Both the position numbers and the translations under genes were made by a program. This document shows, piece by piece, positions 26,201 to 41,200 of a stretch of DNA of 64,000 bases (its first letter is position 1; every line of letters starts with the position of its first letter). Origin of the DNA: Auanema rhodensis (taxonomy: Eukaryota > Animalia > Nematoda); assembly GCA_964057225.1 (NCBI GenBank), contig OZ059899.1, forward strand, positions 10,354,001 through 10,418,000, in the 5' to 3' direction. A model generated the notes under the pieces. It searched no databases, was not told where the DNA came from, and saw nothing but the letters and a program-made list of their open reading frames with translations.

Positions 26201-29200
26201 GTCAATGATATCGAATCTAGTGATATTGTAGAAAAATGTAATGTCAGCTCCATAGGTTTTCTCTTAATTTCTCTCATCACAATTGTCTTAGTTTTTTTTC
26301 TCAAAAGAGTTTCTGAAATCTTAGGTGAACAAGGCCGTATATATTTTTTTCTGGAATTCGAAAGCATTTGGGATGGAAATTGGAAAGAAAAGAACTAGTT
26401 TTTCCTACTTTAAAACAAACAATGAGAAATAAAAAAAAAAGATTGTTAGATATCCAATTTAAACTTATACATTTACTTCGATAAAGAGCCTATTAGTTTG
26501 AAGTTTTATGTCTTACAGTTCTCCAACAGAACAGACTGATACTGATTTCTCTATGATTACATAAAACTCTCGTTTGATATAAAAAAAGAAGAGGAATAAC
26601 GTTTCCAGGATGTCAATGATATCGAATCTAGTGATATTGTAGAAAAATGTAATGTCAGCTCCATAGGTTTTCTCTTAATTTCTCTCATCACAATTGTCTT
26701 AGTTTTTTTTCTCATAAGAGTTTCTGAAATCTTAGGTGAACAAGGCCGTATATATTTTTTTCTGGAATTCGAAAGCATTTGGGATGGAAATTATAAAGAA
26801 AAGAACTAGTTTTTCCTATTTTAAAACAAACAAAAAAAAATAAAATGAAAAAGATTGTTAGATATCCAATTTAAACTTATACATTTACTTTGATAAAGAG
26901 CCTATTAGTTTGAAATTTTATGTCTTACAGTTCTCCAACAGAACAGACTGATCCTGATTTCTCTATGATTACATAAAACTCTCGTTTGATATAAAAAAAG
27001 AAGAGGAATAACGTTTCCAGGATGTCAATGATATCGAATCTAGTGATATTGTAAAAAAATGTAATGTCAGCTCCATAGGTTTTCTCTTAATTTCTCTCAT
27101 CACAATTGTCTTAGTTTTTTTTCTCATAAGAGTTTCTGAAATCTTAGGTGAACAAGGCCGTATATATTTTTTTCTGGAATTCGAAAGCATTTGGGATGGA
27201 AATTAGAAAGAAAAGAACTAGTTTTTCCTACTTTAAAACAAACAATAAGAAATAAAATGAAAAAGATTGTTAGATATCCAATTTAAACTTATACATTTAC
27301 TTCGATAAAGAGCCTATTAGTTTGAAATTTTATGTCTTACAGTTCTCCAACAGAACAGACTGATCCTGATTTCTCTATGATTATATAAAACTCTCGTTTG
27401 ATATAAAAAAAGAAGAGGAAGAACGTTTCCAGGATGTCAATAATATCGAATCTAGTGATATTGTAGAAAAATGTATTGTCAGCTCCATAGGTTTTCTCTT
27501 AATTTCTCTCATCACAATTGTCTTAGTTTTTTTTCTCATAAGAGTTTCTGAAATCTTAGGTGAACAAGGCCGTATATATTTTTTTCTGGAATTCGAAAGC
27601 ATTTGGGATGGAAATTAGAAAGAAAAAAACTAGTTTTTCCTACTTTAAAACAAACAATAAGAAATAAAATAAAAAAGATTGTTAGATATCCAATTTAAAC
27701 TTATACATTTACTTCGATAAAGAGCCTATTAGTTTGAAATTTTATGTCTTACAGTTCTCCAACAGAACAGACTGATCCTGATTTCTCTATGATTACATAA
27801 AACTCTCGTTTGATATAAAAAAAGAAGAGGAATAACGTTTCCAGGATGTCAATGATATCGAATCTAGTGATATTGTAGAAAAATGTAATGTCAGCTCCAT
27901 AGGTTTTCTCTTAATTTCTCTCATCACAATTGTCTTAGTTTTTTTTCTCATAAGAGTTCCTGAAATCTTAGGTGAACAAGGCCGTATATATTTTTTTCTG
28001 GAATTCGAAAACATTTGGGATGGAAATTAGAAGGAAAAGAACTAGTTTTTCCTACTTTAAAACAAACAATAAGAAATAAAATAAAAAAGATTGTTAGATA
28101 TTCAATTTAAACTTATACATTTACTTTGATAAAGAGCCTATTAGTTTGAAATTTTATGTCTTACAGTTCTCCAACAGAACAGACTGATCCTGATTTCTCT
28201 ATGATTACATAAAACTCTCGTTTGATATAAAAAAAGAAGAGGAATAACGTTTCCAGGATGTCAATGATATCGAATCTAGTGATATTGTAGAAAAATGTAA
28301 TGTCAGCTCCATAGGTTTTCTCTTAATTTCTCTCATCACAATTGTCTTAGTTTTTTTTCTCAAAAGAGTTTCTGAAATCTTAGGTGAACAAGGCCGTATA
28401 TATTTTTTTCTGGAATTCGAAAGCATTTGGGATGGAAATTGGAAAGAAAAGAACTAGTTTTTCCTATTTTAAAACAAACAATGAAAAATAAAAAAAAAAG
28501 ATTGTTAGATATCCAATTTAAACTTATACATTTACTTCGATAAAGAGCCTATTAGTTTGAAGTTTTATGTCTTACAGTTCTCCAACAGAACAGACTGATC
28601 CTGATTTCTCTATGATTACATAAAACTCTCGTTTGATATAAAAAAAGAAGAGGAATAACGTTTCCAGGATGTCAATGATATCGAATCTAGTGATATTGTA
28701 GAAAAATGTAATGTCAGCTCCATAGCTTTTCTCTTAATTTCTCTCATCACAATTGTCTTAGTTTTTTTTCTCATAAGAGTTTCTGAAATCTTAGGTGAAC
28801 AAGGCCGTATATATTTTTTTCTGGAATTCGAAAGCATTTGGGATGGAAATTATAAAGAAAAGAACGAGTTTTTCCTATTTTAAAACAAACAAAAAAAAAT
28901 AAAATGAAAAAGATTGTTAGATATCCAATTTAAACTTATACATTTACTTTGATAAAGAGCCTATTAGTTTGAAATTTTATGTCTTACAGTTCTCCAACAG
29001 AACAGACTGATCCTGATTTCTCTATGATTACATAAAACTCTCGTTTGATATAAAAAAAGAAGAGGAATAACGTTTCCAGGATGTCAATGATATCGAATCT
29101 AGTGATATTGTAGAAAAATGTAATGTCAGCTCCATAGGTTTTCTCTTAATTTCTCTCATCACAATTGTCTTAGTTTTTTTTCTCATAAGAGTTTCTGAAA

Positions 29201-32200
29201 TCTTAGGTGAACAAGGCCGTATATATTTTTTTCTGGAATTCGAAAGCATTTGGGATGGAAATTAGAAAGAAAAAAACTAGTTTTTCCTACTTTAAAACAA
29301 ACAATAAGAAATAAAATAAAAAAGATTGTTAGATATCCAATTTAAACTTATACATTTACTTCGATAAAGAGCCTATTAGTTTGAAATTTTATGTCTTACA
29401 GTTCTCCAACAGAACAGACTGATCCTGATTTCTCTATGATTTTATAAAACTCTCGTTTGATATAAAAAAAGAAGAGGAATAACGTTTCCAGGATGTCAAT
29501 GATATCGAATCTAGTGATATTGTAGAAAAATGTAATGTCAGCTCCATAGGTTTTCTCTTAATTTCTCTCATCACAATTGTCTTAGTTTTTTTTCTCATAA
29601 GAGTTTCTGAAATCTTAGGTGAACAAGGCCGTATATATTTTTTTCTGGAATTCGAAAGCATTTGGGATGGAAATTATAAAGAAAAGAACTAGTTTTTCCT
29701 ATTTTAAAACAAACAAAAAAAAATAAAATGAAAAAGATTGTTAGATATCCAATTTAAACTTATACATTTACTTTGATAAAGAGCCTATTAGTTTGAAATT
29801 TTATGTCTTACAGTTCTCCAACAGAACAGACTGATCCTGATTTCTCTATGATTACATAAAACTCTCGTTTGATATAAAAAAAGAAGAGGAATAACGTTTC
29901 CAGGATGTCAATGATATCGAATCTAGTGATATTGTAAAAAAATGTAATGTCAGCTCCATAGGTTTTCTCTTAATTTCTCTCATCACAATTGTCTTAGTTT
30001 TTTTTCTCATAAGAGTTTCTGAAATCTTAGGTGAACAAGGCCGTATATATTTTTTTCTGGAATTCGAAAGCATTTGGGATGGAAATTAGAAAGAAAAGAA
30101 CTAGTTTTTCCTACTTTAAAACAAACAATAAGAAATAAAATGAAAAAGATTGTTAGATATCCAATTTAAACTTATACATTTACTTCGATAAAGAGCCTAT
30201 TAGTTTGAAATTTTATGTCTTACAGTTCTCCAACAGAACAGACTGATCCTGATTTCTCTATGATTATATAAAACTCTCGTTTGATATAAAAAAAGAAGAG
30301 GAAGAACGTTTCCAGGATGTCAATAATATCGAATCTAGTGATATTGTAGAAAAATGTAATGTCAGCTCCATAGGTTTTCTCTTAATTTCTCTCATCACAA
30401 TTGTCTTAGTTTTTTTTCTCATAAGAGTTTCTGAAATCTTAGGTGAACAAGGCCGTATATATTTTTTTCTGGAATTCGAAAGCATTTGGGATGGAAATTA
30501 GAAAGAAAAGAACTAGTTTTTCCTACTTTAAAACAAACAATAAGAAATAAAATGAAAAAGATTGTTAGATATCCAATTTAAACTTATACATTTACTTCGA
30601 TAAAGAGCCTATTAGTTTGAAATTTTATGTCTTACAGTTCTCCAACAGAACAGACTGATCCTGATTTCTCTATGATTACATAAAACTCTCGTTTGATATA
30701 AAAAAAGAAGAGGAATAACGTTTCCAGGATGTCAATGATATCGAATCTAGTGATATTGTAAAAAAATGTAATGTCAGCTCCATAGGTTTTCTCTTAATTT
30801 CTCTCATCACAATTGTCTTAGTTTTTTTTCTCATAAGAGTTTCTGAAATCTTAGGTGAACAAGGCCGTATATATTTTTTTCTGGAATTCGAAAGCATTTG
30901 GGATGGAAATTAGAAAGAAAAGAACTAGTTTTTCCTACTTTAAAACAAACAATAAGAAATAAAATGAAAAAGATTGTTAGATATCCAATTTAAACTTATA
31001 CATTTACTTCGATAAAGAGCCTATTAGTTTGAAATTTTATGTCTTACAGTTCTCCTACAGAACAGACTGATCCTGATTTCTCTATGATTATATAAAACTC
31101 TCGTTTGATATAAAAAAAGAAGAGGAAGAACGTTTCCAGGATGTCAATAATATCGAATCTAGTGATATTGTAGAAAAATGTAATGTCAGCTCCATAGGTT
31201 TTCTCTTAATTTCTCTCATCACAATTGTCTTAGTTTTTTTTCTCATAAGAGTTTCTGAAATCTTAGGTGAACAAGGCCGTATATATTTTTTTCTGGAATT
31301 CGAAAGCATTTGGGATGGAAATTAGAAAGAAAAAAACTAGTTTTTCCTACTTTAAAACAAACAATAAGAAATAAAATAAAAAAGATTGTTAGATATCCAA
31401 TTTAAACTTATACATTTACTTCGATAAAGAGCCTATTAGTTTGAAATTTTATGTCTTACAGTTCTCCAACAGAACAGACTGATCCTGATTTCTCTATGAT
31501 TACATAAAACTCTCGTTTGATATAAAAAAAGAAGAGGAATAACGTTTCCAGGATGTCAATGATATCGAATCTAGTGATATTGTAGAAAAATGTAATGTCA
31601 GCTCCATAGGTTTTCTCTTAATTTCTCTCATCACAATTGTCTTAGTTTTTTTTCTCATAAGAGTTCCTGAAATCTTAGGTGAACAAGGCCGTATATATTT
31701 TTTTCTGGAATTCGAAAACATTTGGGATGGAAATTAGAAGGAAAAGAACTAGTTTTTCCTACTTTAAAACAAACAATAAGAAATAAAATAAAAAAGATTG
31801 TTAGATATTCAATTTAAACTTATACATTTACTTTGATAAAGAGCCTATTAGTTTGAAATTTTATGTCTTACAGTTCTCCAACAGAACAGACTGATCCTGA
31901 TTTCTCTATGATTACATAAAACTCTCGTTTGATATAAAAAAAGAAGAGGAATAACGTTTCCAGGATGTCAATGATATCGAATCTAGTGATATTGTAGAAA
32001 AATGTAATGTCAGCTCCATAGGTTTTCTCTTAATTTCTCTCATCACAATTGTCTTAGTTTTTTTTCTCAAAAGAGTTTCTGAAATCTTAGGTGAACAAGG
32101 CCGTATATATTTTTTTCTGGAATTCGAAAGCATTTGGGATGGAAATTGGAAAGAAAAGAACTAGTTTTTCCTACTTTAAAACAAACAATGAAAAATAAAA

Positions 32201-35200
32201 AAAAAAGATTGTTAGATATCCAATTTAAACTTATACATTTACTTCGATAAAGAGCCTATTAGTTTGAAGTTTTATGTCTTACAGTTCTCCAACAGAACAG
32301 ACTGATCCTGATTTCTCTATGATTACATAAAACTCTCGTTTGATATAAAAAAAGAAGAGGAATAACGTTTCCAGGATGTCAATGATATCGAATCTAGTGA
32401 TATTGTAGAAAAATGTAATGTCAGCTCCATAGCTTTTCTCTTAATTTCTCTCATCACAATTGTCTTAGTTTTTTTTCTCATAAGAGTTTCTGAAATCTTA
32501 GGTGAACAAGGCCGTATATATTTTTTTCTGGAATTCGAAAGCATTTGGGATGGAAATTATAAAGAAAAGAACGAGTTTTTCCTATTTTAAAACAAACAAA
32601 AAAAAATAAAATGAAAAAGATTGTTAGATATCCAATTTAAACTTATACATTTACTTTGATAAAGAGCCTATTAGTTTGAAATTTTATGTCTTACAGTTCT
32701 CCAACAGAACAGACTGATCCTGATTTCTCTATGATTACATAAAACTCTCGTTTGATATAAAAAAAGAAGAGGAATAACGTTTCCAGGATGTCAATGATAT
32801 CGAATCTAGTGATATTGTAGAAAAATGTAATGTCAGCTCCATAGGTTTTCTCTTAATTTCTCTCATCACAATTGTCTTAGTTTTTTTTCTCATAAGAGTT
32901 TCTGAAATCTTAGGTGAACAAGGCCGTATATATTTTTTTCTGGAATTCGAAAGCATTTGGGATGGAAATTAGAAAGAAAAAAACTAGTTTTTCCTACTTT
33001 AAAACAAACAATAAGAAATAAAATAAAAAAGATTGTTAGATATCCAATTTAAACTTATACATTTACTTCGATAAAGAGCCTATTAGTTTGAAATTTTATG
33101 TCTTACAGTTCTCCAACAGAACAGACTGATCCTGATTTCTCTATGATTTTATAAAACTCTCGTTTGATATAAAAAAAGAAGAGGAATAACGTTTCCAGGA
33201 TGTCAATGATATCGAATCTAGTGATATTGTAGAAAAATGTAATGTCAGCTCCATAGGTTTTCTCTTAATTTCTCTCATCACAATTGTCTTAGTTTTTTTT
33301 CTCATAAGAGTTTCTGAAATCTTAGGTGAACAAGGCCGTATATATTTTTTTCTGGAATTCGAAAGCATTTGGGATGGAAATTATAAAGAAAAGAACTAGT
33401 TTTTCCTATTTTAAATCAAACAAAAAAAAATAAAATGAAAAAGATTGTTAGATATCCAATTTAAACTTATACATTTGCTTCGATAAAGAGCCTATTAGTT
33501 TGAAATTTTATGTCTTACAGTTCTCCAACAGAACAGACTGATCCTGATTTCTCTATGATTACATAAAACTCTCGTTTGATATAAAAAAAGAAGAGGAATA
33601 ACGTTTCCAGGATGTCAATGATATCGAATCTAGTGATATTGTAAAAAAATGTAATGTCAGCTCCATAGGTTTTCTCTTAATTTCTCTCATCACAATTGTC
33701 TTAGTTTTTTTTCTCATAAGAGTTTCTGAAATCTTAGGTGAACAAGGCCGTATATATTTTTTTCTGGAAATCGAAAGCATTTGGGATGGAAATTAGAAAG
33801 AAAAGAACTAGTTTTTCCTATTTTAAAACAAACAAAAAAAAATAAAATAAAAAAGATTGTTAGATATCCAATTTAAACTCATACATTTACTTTGATAAAG
33901 AGCCTATTAGTTTGAAATTTTATGTCTTACAGTTCTCCAACAGAACAGATTGATCCTGATTTCTCTATGATTACATAAAACTCTCGTTTGATATAAAAAA
34001 GAAGTGGAATAACGTTTCCAGGATGTCAATGATATCGAATCTAGTGATATTGTAGAAAAATGTAATGTCAGCTCCATAGGTTTTCTCTTAATTTCTCTCA
34101 TCACAATTGTCTTAGTTTTTTTTCTCATAAGAGTTTCTGAAATCTTAGGTGAACAAGGCCGTATATATTTTTTTCTGGAATTCGAAAGCATTTGGGATGG
34201 AAATTAGAAAGAAAAAAACTAGTTTTTCCTACTTTAAAACAAACAATAAGAAATAAAATAAAAAAGATTGTTAGATATCCAATTTAAACTTATACATTTA
34301 CTTCGATAAAGAGCCTATTAGTTTGAAATTTTATGTCTTACAGTTCTCCAACAGAACAGACTGATCCTGATTTCTCTATGATTTTATAAAACTCTCGTTT
34401 GATATAAAAAAAGAAGAGGAATAACGTTTCCAGGATGTCAATGATATCGAATCTAGTGATATTGTAGAAAAATGTAATGTCAGCTCCATAGGTTTTCTCT
34501 TAATTTCTCTCATCACAATTGTCTTAGTTTTTTTTCTCATAAGAGTTTCTGAAATCTTAGGTGAACAAGGCCGTATATATTTTTTTCTGGAATTCGAAAG
34601 CATTTGGGATGGAAATTATAAAGAAAAGAACTAGTTTTTCCTATTTTAAATCAAACAAAAAAAAATAAAATGAAAAAGATTGTTAGATATCCAATTTAAA
34701 CTTATACATTTGCTTCGATAAAGAGCCTATTAGTTTGAAATTTTATGTCTTACAGTTCTCCAACAGAACAGACTGATCCTGATTTCTCTATGATTACATA
34801 AAACTCTCGTTTGATATAAAAAAAGAAGAGGAATAACGTTTCCAGGATGTCAATGATATCGAATCTAGTGATATTGTAAAAAAATGTAATGTCAGCTCCA
34901 TAGGTTTTCTCTTAATTTCTCTCATCACAATTGTCTTAGTTTTTTTTCTCATAAGAGTTTCTGAAATCTTAGGTGAACAAGGCCGTATATATTTTTTTCT
35001 GGAAATCGAAAGCATTTGGGATGGAAATTAGAAAGAAAAGAACTAGTTTTTCCTATTTTAAAACAAACAAAAAAAAATAAAATAAAAAAGATTGTTAGAT
35101 ATCCAATTTAAACTCATACATTTACTTTGATAAAGAGCCTATTAGTTTGAAATTTTATGTCTTACAGTTCTCCAACAGAACAGATTGATCCTGATTTCTC

Positions 35201-38200
35201 TATGATTACATAAAACTCTCGTTTGATATAAAAAAGAAGTGGAATAACGTTTCCAGGATGTCAATGATATCGAATCTAGTGATATTGTAGAAAAATGTAA
35301 TGTCAGCTCCATAGGTTTTCTCTTAATTTCTCTCATCACAATTGTCTTAGTTTTTTTTCTCATAAGAGTTTCTGAAATCTTAGGTGAACAAGGCCGTATA
35401 TATTTTTTTCTGGAATTCGAAAGCATTTGGGATGGAAATTAGAAAGAAAAAAACTAGTTTTTCCTACTTTAAAACAAACAATAAGAAATAAAATAAAAAA
35501 GATTGTTAGATATCCAATTTAAACTTATACATTTACTTTGATAAAGAGCCTATTAGTTTGAAATTTTATGTCTTACAGTTCTCCAACAGAACAGACTGAT
35601 CCTGATTTCTCTATGATTACAGAAAACTCTCGTTTGATATAAAAAAAGAAGAGGAATAACGTTTCCAGGATGTCAATGATATCGAATCTAGTGATATTGT
35701 AGAAAAATGTAATGTCAGCTCCATAGGTTTTCTCTTAATTTCTCTCATCACAATTGTCTTAGTTTTTTTTCTCATAAGAGTTCCTGAAATCTTAGGTGAA
35801 CAAGGCCGTATATATTTTTTTCTGGAATTCGAAAACATTTGGGATGGAAATTAGAAGGAAAAGAACTAGTTTTTCCTACTTTAAAACAAACAATAAGAAA
35901 TAAAATAAAAAAGATTGTTAGATATTCAATTTAAACTTATACATTTACTTTGATAAAGAGCCTATTAGTTTGAAATTTTATGTCTTACAGTTCTCCAACA
36001 GAACAGACTGATCCTGATTTCTCTATGATTACATAAAACTCTCGTTTGATATAAAAAAAGAAGAGGAATAACGTTTCCAGGATGTCAATGATATCGAATC
36101 TAGTGATATTGTAGAAAAATGTAATGTCAGCTCCATAGGTTTTCTCTTAATTTCTCTCATCACAATTGTCTTAGTTTTTTTTCTCAAAAGAGTTTCTGAA
36201 ATCTTAGGTGAACAAGGCCGTATATATTTTTTTCTGGAATTCGAAAGCATTTGGGATGGAAATTGGAAAGAAAAGAACTAGTTTTTCCTACTTTAAAACA
36301 AACAATGAAAAATAAAAAAAAAAGATTGTTAGATATCCAATTTAAACTTATACATTTACTTCGATAAAGAGCCTATTAGTTTGAAGTTTTATGTCTTACA
36401 GTTCTCCAACAGAACAGACTGATCCTGATTTCTCTATGATTACATAAAACTCTCGTTTGATATAAAAAAAGAAGAGGAATAACGTTTCCAGGATGTCAAT
36501 GATATCGAATCTAGTGATATTGTAGAAAAATGTAATGTCAGCTCCATAGCTTTTCTCTTAATTTCTCTCATCACAATTGTCTTAGTTTTTTTTCTCATAA
36601 GAGTTTCTGAAATCTTAGGTGAACAAGGCCGTATATATTTTTTTCTGGAATTCGAAAGCATTTGGGATGGAAATTATAAAGAAAAGAACGAGTTTTTCCT
36701 ATTTTAAAACAAACAAAAAAAAATAAAATGAAAAAGATTGTTAGATATCCAATTTAAACTTATACATTTACTTTGATAAAGAGCCTATTAGTTTGAAATT
36801 TTATGTCTTACAGTTCTCCAACAGAACAGACTGATCCTGATTTCTCTATGATTACATAAAACTCTCGTTTGATATAAAAAAAGAAGAGGAATAACGTTTC
36901 CAGGATGTCAATGATATCGAATCTAGTGATATTGTAGAAAAATGTAATGTCAGCTCCATAGGTTTTCTCTTAATTTCTCTCATCACAATTGTCTTAGTTT
37001 TTTTTCTCATAAGAGTTTCTGAAATCTTAGGTGAACAAGGCCGTATATATTTTTTTCTGGAATTCGAAAGCATTTGGGATGGAAATTAGAAAGAAAAAAA
37101 CTAGTTTTTCCTACTTTAAAACAAACAATAAGAAATAAAATAAAAAAGATTGTTAGATATCCAATTTAAACTTATACATTTACTTCGATAAAGAGCCTAT
37201 TAGTTTGAAATTTTATGTCTTACAGTTCTCCAACAGAACAGACTGATCCTGATTTCTCTATGATTTTATAAAACTCTCGTTTGATATAAAAAAAGAAGAG
37301 GAATAACGTTTCCAGGATGTCAATGATATCGAATCTAGTGATATTGTAGAAAAATGTAATGTCAGCTCCATAGGTTTTCTCTTAATTTCTCTCATCACAA
37401 TTGTCTTAGTTTTTTTTCTCATAAGAGTTTCTGAAATCTTAGGTGAACAAGGCCGTATATATTTTTTTCTGGAATTCGAAAGCATTTGGGATGGAAATTA
37501 TAAAGAAAAGAACTAGTTTTTCCTATTTTAAATCAAACAAAAAAAAATAAAATGAAAAAGATTGTTAGATATCCAATTTAAACTTATACATTTGCTTCGA
37601 TAAAGAGCCTATTAGTTTGAAATTTTATGTCTTACAGTTCTCCAACAGAACAGACTGATCCTGATTTCTCTATGATTACATAAAACTCTCGTTTGATATA
37701 AAAAAAGAAGAGGAATAACGTTTCCAGGATGTCAATGATATCGAATCTAGTGATATTGTAAAAAAATGTAATGTCAGCTCCATAGGTTTTCTCTTAATTT
37801 CTCTCATCACAATTGTCTTAGTTTTTTTTCTCATAAGAGTTTCTGAAATCTTAGGTGAACAAGGCCGTATATATTTTTTTCTGGAAATCGAAAGCATTTG
37901 GGATGGAAATTAGAAAGAAAAGAACTAGTTTTTCCTATTTTAAAACAAACAAAAAAAAATAAAATAAAAAAGATTGTTAGATATCCAATTTAAACTCATA
38001 CATTTACTTTGATAAAGAGCCTATTAGTTTGAAATTTTATGTCTTACAGTTCTCCAACAGAACAGATTGATCCTGATTTCTCTATGATTACATAAAACTC
38101 TCGTTTGATATAAAAAAGAAGTGGAATAACGTTTCCAGGATGTCAATGATATCGAATCTAGTGATATTGTAGAAAAATGTAATGTCAGCTCCATAGGTTT

Positions 38201-41200
38201 TCTCTTAATTTCTCTCATCACAATTGTCTTAGTTTTTTTTCTCATAAGAGTTTCTGAAATCTTAGGTGAACAAGGCCGTATATATTTTTTTCTGGAATTC
38301 GAAAGCATTTGGGATGGAAATTAGAAAGAAAAAAACTAGTTTTTCCTACTTTAAAACAAACAATAAGAAATAAAATAAAAAAGATTGTTAGATATCCAAT
38401 TTAAACTTATACATTTACTTTGATAAAGAGCCTATTAGTTTGAAATTTTATGTCTTACAGTTCTCCAACAGAACAGACTGATCCTGATTTCTCTATGATT
38501 ACATAAAACTCTCGTTTGATATAAAAAAAGAAGAGGAATAACGTTTCCAGGATGTCAATGATATCGAATCTAGTGATATTGTAGAAAAATGTAATGTCAG
38601 CTCCATAGGTTTTCTCTTAATTTCTCTCATCACAATTGTCTTAGTTTTTTTTCTCAAAAGAGTTTCTGAAATCTTAGGTGAACAAGGCCGTATATATTTT
38701 TTTCTGGAATTCGAAAGCATTTGGGATGGAAATTGGAAAGAAAAGAACTAGTTTTTCCTACTTTAAAACAAACAATGAAAAATAAAAAAAAAAGATTGTT
38801 AGATATCCAATTTAAACTTATACATTTACTTCGATAAAGAGCCTATTAGTTTGAAGTTTTATGTCTTACAGTTCTCCAACAGAACAGACTGATCCTGATT
38901 TCTCTATGATTACATAAAACTCTCGTTTGATATAAAAAAAGAAGAGGAATAACGTTTCCAGGATGTCAATGATATCGAATCTAGTGATATTGTAGAAAAA
39001 TGTAATGTCAGCTCCATAGCTTTTCTCTTAATTTCTCTCATCACAATTGTCTTAGTTTTTTTTCTCATAAGAGTTTCTGAAATCTTAGGTGAACAAGGCC
39101 GTATATATTTTTTTCTGGAATTCGAAAGCATTTGGGATGGAAATTATAAAGAAAAGAACGAGTTTTTCCTATTTTAAAACAAACAAAAAAAAATAAAATG
39201 AAAAAGATTGTTAGATATCCAATTTAAACTTATACATTTACTTTGATAAAGAGCCTATTAGTTTGAAATTTTATGTCTTACAGTTCTCCAACAGAACAGA
39301 CTGATCCTGATTTCTCTATGATTACATAAAACTCTCGTTTGATATAAAAAAAGAAGAGGAATAACGTTTCCAGGATGTCAATGATATCGAATCTAGTGAT
39401 ATTGTAGAAAAATGTAATGTCAGCTCCATAGGTTTTCTCTTAATTTCTCTCATCACAATTGTCTTAGTTTTTTTTCTCATAAGAGTTTCTGAAATCTTAG
39501 GTGAACAAGGCCGTATATATTTTTTTCTGGAATTCGAAAGCATTTGGGATGGAAATTAGAAAGAAAAAAACTAGTTTTTCCTACTTTAAAACAAACAATA
39601 AGAAATAAAATAAAAAAGATTGTTAGATATCCAATTTAAACTTATACATTTACTTCGATAAAGAGCCTATTAGTTTGAAATTTTATGTCTTACAGTTCTC
39701 CAACAGAACAGACTGATCCTGATTTCTCTATGATTTTATAAAACTCTCGTTTGATATAAAAAAAGAAGAGGAATAACGTTTCCAGGATGTCAATGATATC
39801 GAATCTAGTGATATTGTAGAAAAATGTAATGTCAGCTCCATAGGTTTTCTCTTAATTTCTCTCATCACAATTGTCTTAGTTTTTTTTCTCATAAGAGTTT
39901 CTGAAATCTTAGGTGAACAAGGCCGTATATATTTTTTTCTGGAATTCGAAAGCATTTGGGATGGAAATTATAAAGAAAAGAACTAGTTTTTCCTATTTTA
40001 AATCAAACAAAAAAAAATAAAATGAAAAAGATTGTTAGATATCCAATTTAAACTTATACATTTGCTTCGATAAAGAGCCTATTAGTTTGAAATTTTATGT
40101 CTTACAGTTCTCCAACAGAACAGACTGATCCTGATTTCTCTATGATTACATAAAACTCTCGTTTGATATAAAAAAAGAAGAGGAATAACGTTTCCAGGAT
40201 GTCAATGATATCGAATCTAGTGATATTGTAGAAAAATGTAATGTCAGCTCCATAGGTTTTCTCTTAATTTCTCTCATCACAATTGTCTTAGTTTTTTTTC
40301 TCATAAGAGTTTCTGAAATCTTAGGTGAACAAGGCCGTATATATTTTTTTCTGGAATTCGAAAGCATTTGGGATGGAAATTAGAAAGAAAAAAACTAGTT
40401 TTTCCTACTTTAAAACAAACAATAAGAAATAAAATAAAAAAGATTGTTAGATATCCAATTTAAACTTATACATTTACTTCGATAAAGAGCCTATTAGTTT
40501 GAAATTTTATGTCTTACAGTTCTCCAACAGAACAGACTGATCCTGATTTCTCTATGATTTTATAAAACTCTCGTTTGATATAAAAAAAGAAGAGGAATAA
40601 CGTTTCCAGGATGTCAATGATATCGAATCTAGTGATATTGTAGAAAAATGTAATGTCAGCTCCATAGGTTTTCTCTTAATTTCTCTCATCACAATTGTCT
40701 TAGTTTTTTTTCTCATAAGAGTTTCTGAAATCTTAGGTGAACAAGGCCGTATATATTTTTTTCTGGAATTCGAAAGCATTTGGGATGGAAATTATAAAGA
40801 AAAGAACTAGTTTTTCCTATTTTAAATCAAACAAAAAAAAATAAAATGAAAAAGATTGTTAGATATCCAATTTAAACTTATACATTTGCTTCGATAAAGA
40901 GCCTATTAGTTTGAAATTTTATGTCTTACAGTTCTCCAACAGAACAGACTGATCCTGATTTCTCTATGATTACATAAAACTCTCGTTTGATATAAAAAAA
41001 GAAGAGGAATAACGTTTCCAGGATGTCAATGATATCGAATCTAGTGATATTGTAAAAAAATGTAATGTCAGCTCCATAGGTTTTCTCTTAATTTCTCTCA
41101 TCACAATTGTCTTAGTTTTTTTTCTCATAAGAGTTTCTGAAATCTTAGGTGAACAAGGCCGTATATATTTTTTTCTGGAATTCGAAAGCATTTGGGATGG